The translations under genes were made by a program, and so were the position numbers. A stretch of 64,000 nt of DNA from assembly GCA_963693365.1 (NCBI GenBank), contig CAVNZM010000006.1, positions 8,497,355 through 8,561,354 of the forward strand, in the 5' to 3' direction. Positions within the stretch are counted from its first letter, which is position 1. Each line of letters opens with the position of its first letter. This document shows, piece by piece, positions 49,754 through 64,000 of the stretch. The notes below the pieces were generated by a model, which was not told where the DNA came from, did no database searches, and worked only from the letters and a program-made list of their open reading frames with translations. Origin of the DNA: Amoebidium appalachense. Lineage: Eukaryota; Protista; Ichthyosporea.

Positions 49754-50903
49754 GGTAATTTGGGATAAAAAAGGTTTGATCGGTGTCTAATGGCCTGGCT
49801 GTTGTGTGTAACGTGGGAGAAAAAAATGATTGGTTTCAGTGTTCAGCAATGATGACCTGGTTGTTGTGTGTACTTGTGCCGGGCTGATTTCATGTTTCCA
49901 TGTGTGCATGAAGACATGCCCTGAGATAAAAGATTATCAAGGACTAAAAAAAGCGACGGGTATTGACCAGTAGACTACTTTTCGTATGATTTGATTCCCT
50001 TGCCTGAAGCACTTGTGTATAATTCCTAAAGCTCGCACAACTTGAAAACGACACTACTCTATGACAAATGGGAGAAGCTCGCTTGCTCTAACGGTGGAGT
50101 TATGTAACACAGTGTAGCGTTGTAGTGTTATGTAGCACAATGCTGATTATACAGAAACCTTTTCCTTCGTTTGTTTTACCAGACGGTCTGCTAAGAACAG
50201 CTTGTGAGCGCTTGTGTAAACTTGCAAGTGCGACTGATCATGGCCCTCTGAAAAAACGTTTTTCAGAGGGCCGTGGACTGATCGCGTCCTGGGTGTGTCA
50301 GAGGGCTGGGAGAAGGCTAATAGTAATCCCCCCAGCATCTTTATGATCTTCATGCTTAAAATTTTTCAAAACGCTTTTTTTCGGGATTCCGGGAAGAATT
50401 CAGGAGAAAGTTTTTCATTTATATTTTATTAATATAAATATCAATATTCAAAGATTTCTCCGTCCATGTGTAGCCTAGTCCCAAAACACTGTAAGCATTG
50501 TGTTAAATTAATTACTAGCCTTAGGAGACAAAGACCTGGGTTTTAAGACTCAGTTGAATATCAGCAGCTGGCGCGCTTCACCAACCACCGTGACCTAATA
50601 ACTAATTACTAATTTGCACGTTGCCTTCACTGATCAATAAATCCCAGTCAAGAGAAAAAAAAAATTAGCACTAGGTTGTTGAGCCCCCATCGAAACGTTA
50701 CTCTAGCAGGTCAGAGTGGTATGCGCCTTTTATCCTATTCAATGACCTTTATCCAATCAAATGCTGGTAGCCCGATAGAGGAGTAGGACCGTGTTTCCTT
50801 TCTACTTTGTAATCACAAGGTAAACCAGACCGTTTTTTGATTATTTTTCAGGAAGCGTTTCAAAGTTGAGCCTGATTCTCCTATCTGGAGTCCCCCCCGT
50901 CTT

Positions 50904-50937
<34 letters not shown>

Positions 50938-52521
50938 ACCCCGCCCCCCCTCCCTCCCCTCCCTCACCCCCGGCCCCCCACAGACAAAACCAAGGCCTCC
51001 TCATCTTCCTAACCAGGCCTTGCCCCAAACCCCTCGTTGTCTGATAATTTAATCGTGTTATCTTAAGGGGATGGAAAAGGATCTGGACTTCGTCCGGTGA
51101 TACCACCAACCTCCAAACCCGTATACCCCATTTTTCTCACCCTCCTCTACAAGCATGCTGTAACGTTTCGTAGCGGGCAGAGAGCACGGGGCAGGGGAGT
51201 CCCGGAGAATCCGGGGGAAGATGGGGTTGAAAAGGCCGGCCCGTGTGTGTGTTGGGGGGGGGGGGGGGGGGGGGGGGGGGAGGGGGGGAGGCGCGGAAGA
51301 GGGAGCGAGAGCGGGAGCGAACTTAGCGAGAGCCAGCGCGTTGCGAGGGAGGGAGCTGAGGGAGGGTGGGTGGGTGGGTGGGAGGGAGGGAAGGAGGGAG
51401 GGAGGGAGGGAGGGAGGGAGAAGGGATGGAAGGAAGGAAGGAGGGGGGGAGAAGGGAGGGAGGAAGGGAGAAACAACTCAACAGCTTTCTATTTAGAAAC
51501 CTCCCCAACCATGTGTACAGCCCATTGTTTTGCATCTGCTTGGGAAACACGTTTACATCTAATTTTCAGCAGCTGTGTACTTACTCGAAATAATTTTTTA
51601 ACAACAGTCCTAGTTTGTCTGCTGCCACATCTGAGTTCGGACATCCTTTTTGTTGCGGTAAGTGAACTGACGTCAAGTTTATAAAAGGTTTTCACACACA
51701 TTGTTGCAGATGTTACGCTGCAAACACCTGCACATAGACTGATGAATTTTTATTTGTTTTAACAGGGTAATTAGAACTTGCAATATTTGTGTGTCACTTT
51801 GTTTGCGTCAGTGTCCGGCTGTTGTGGCTTCTCTGCTGTGTAACAACCACATGTACACGTAGATCGAGACCCTGGAAAACCTCCGACTCCGAAGCTGATC
51901 TCGCGGTGTGATGACAAGTAGGCAGAACAAACTAGCACATCAGCACTATATATGTAGTGCGCAAGTACGTAGGATCCAGTAGGAGCACTGAAGTGCAATT
52001 ATCAGTGCGAGTGCCCTACCTACTGGTTAGAAGTGCTTCAAGGTCAACGGAGTGGAACTTGCCCCACCAGAGCGGTTCTTAATGCTAGGGGTGGGCCTCA
52101 GCTGAATGAATGTTATCTGACATGAAGTCCATCGGTACGAGCTTTGGACCAACGCCTTGGTGCAACCTCTAAGCTGTATGTACAACTGGGAGGAAACCAC
52201 AAGTGCGCTATTTTTAGATCTGGAGATTGATTTTTTGGCGGGCGTCCTTTGTTCGCGTCGTGTCCTGCGTGTACATGTAGAGAGTGTGTAAGTGTGACAT
52301 AGCCAAAGCGAGCTTGGACAGTGGTACGCCTATATCTAAATAGGGTTTAATGTTCTTAGCATCTGGCCCTAGGCAGCGAACAAGGAGGGCTAACACAGGA
52401 GTTCACTGATGTCATTCGATTTCCTCCATGGTGGCACACCCACGACACAATACTGTAGAATTCTAAGGGTTACGTATGATCTAGCACAAGGAATAGCCAG
52501 TTTTTGTTGCTTTTGTGAAAA

Positions 52522-64000
<11,479 letters not shown>

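Noticed and set aside
51770-52500. Non-repetitive stretch with short ORFs between arrestin and GPCR
   Set aside because: No recognisable domain or RNA gene. It may be GPCR 5' UTR or a decayed element.

Overview
Eukaryotic nuclear DNA with many long introns full of (CA/GT)n, (GA/TC)n and poly(C)/poly(G) tracts. Almost all ORFs in the supplied track are microsatellite read-throughs. By joining GT-AG exons with matching phase I reconstructed four spliced genes by eye: an RNA exonuclease 4 (REXO4/Rex4) homolog (+, 9 exons), a SAPS/PP6 regulatory subunit (+, 21 exons), an arrestin-fold protein (-, about 4 exons), and, head-to-head with it, a cAMP-receptor-like 7TM GPCR (+, at least 11 exons, runs off the window). 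A 5'-truncated non-LTR retrotransposon (RT ORF) lies between the first two genes, and several MITE-like inverted-repeat elements sit in introns. Three patterns stand out. (1) A two-subfamily intronic repeat has a fixed 3' end running into poly(C), ragged 5' ends, conserved hairpins and, in every copy seen, the same orientation as the host transcript. (2) Partial 'shadow' copies of exon ends, with their splice sites, recur next to the real exons, and several differ mostly at synonymous positions. (3) Many 3' splice sites have (CA)n instead of a polypyrimidine tract. Gene content would fit a unicellular relative of animals, but that is inference only. All alignments were made by eye, so repeat boundaries are approximate.
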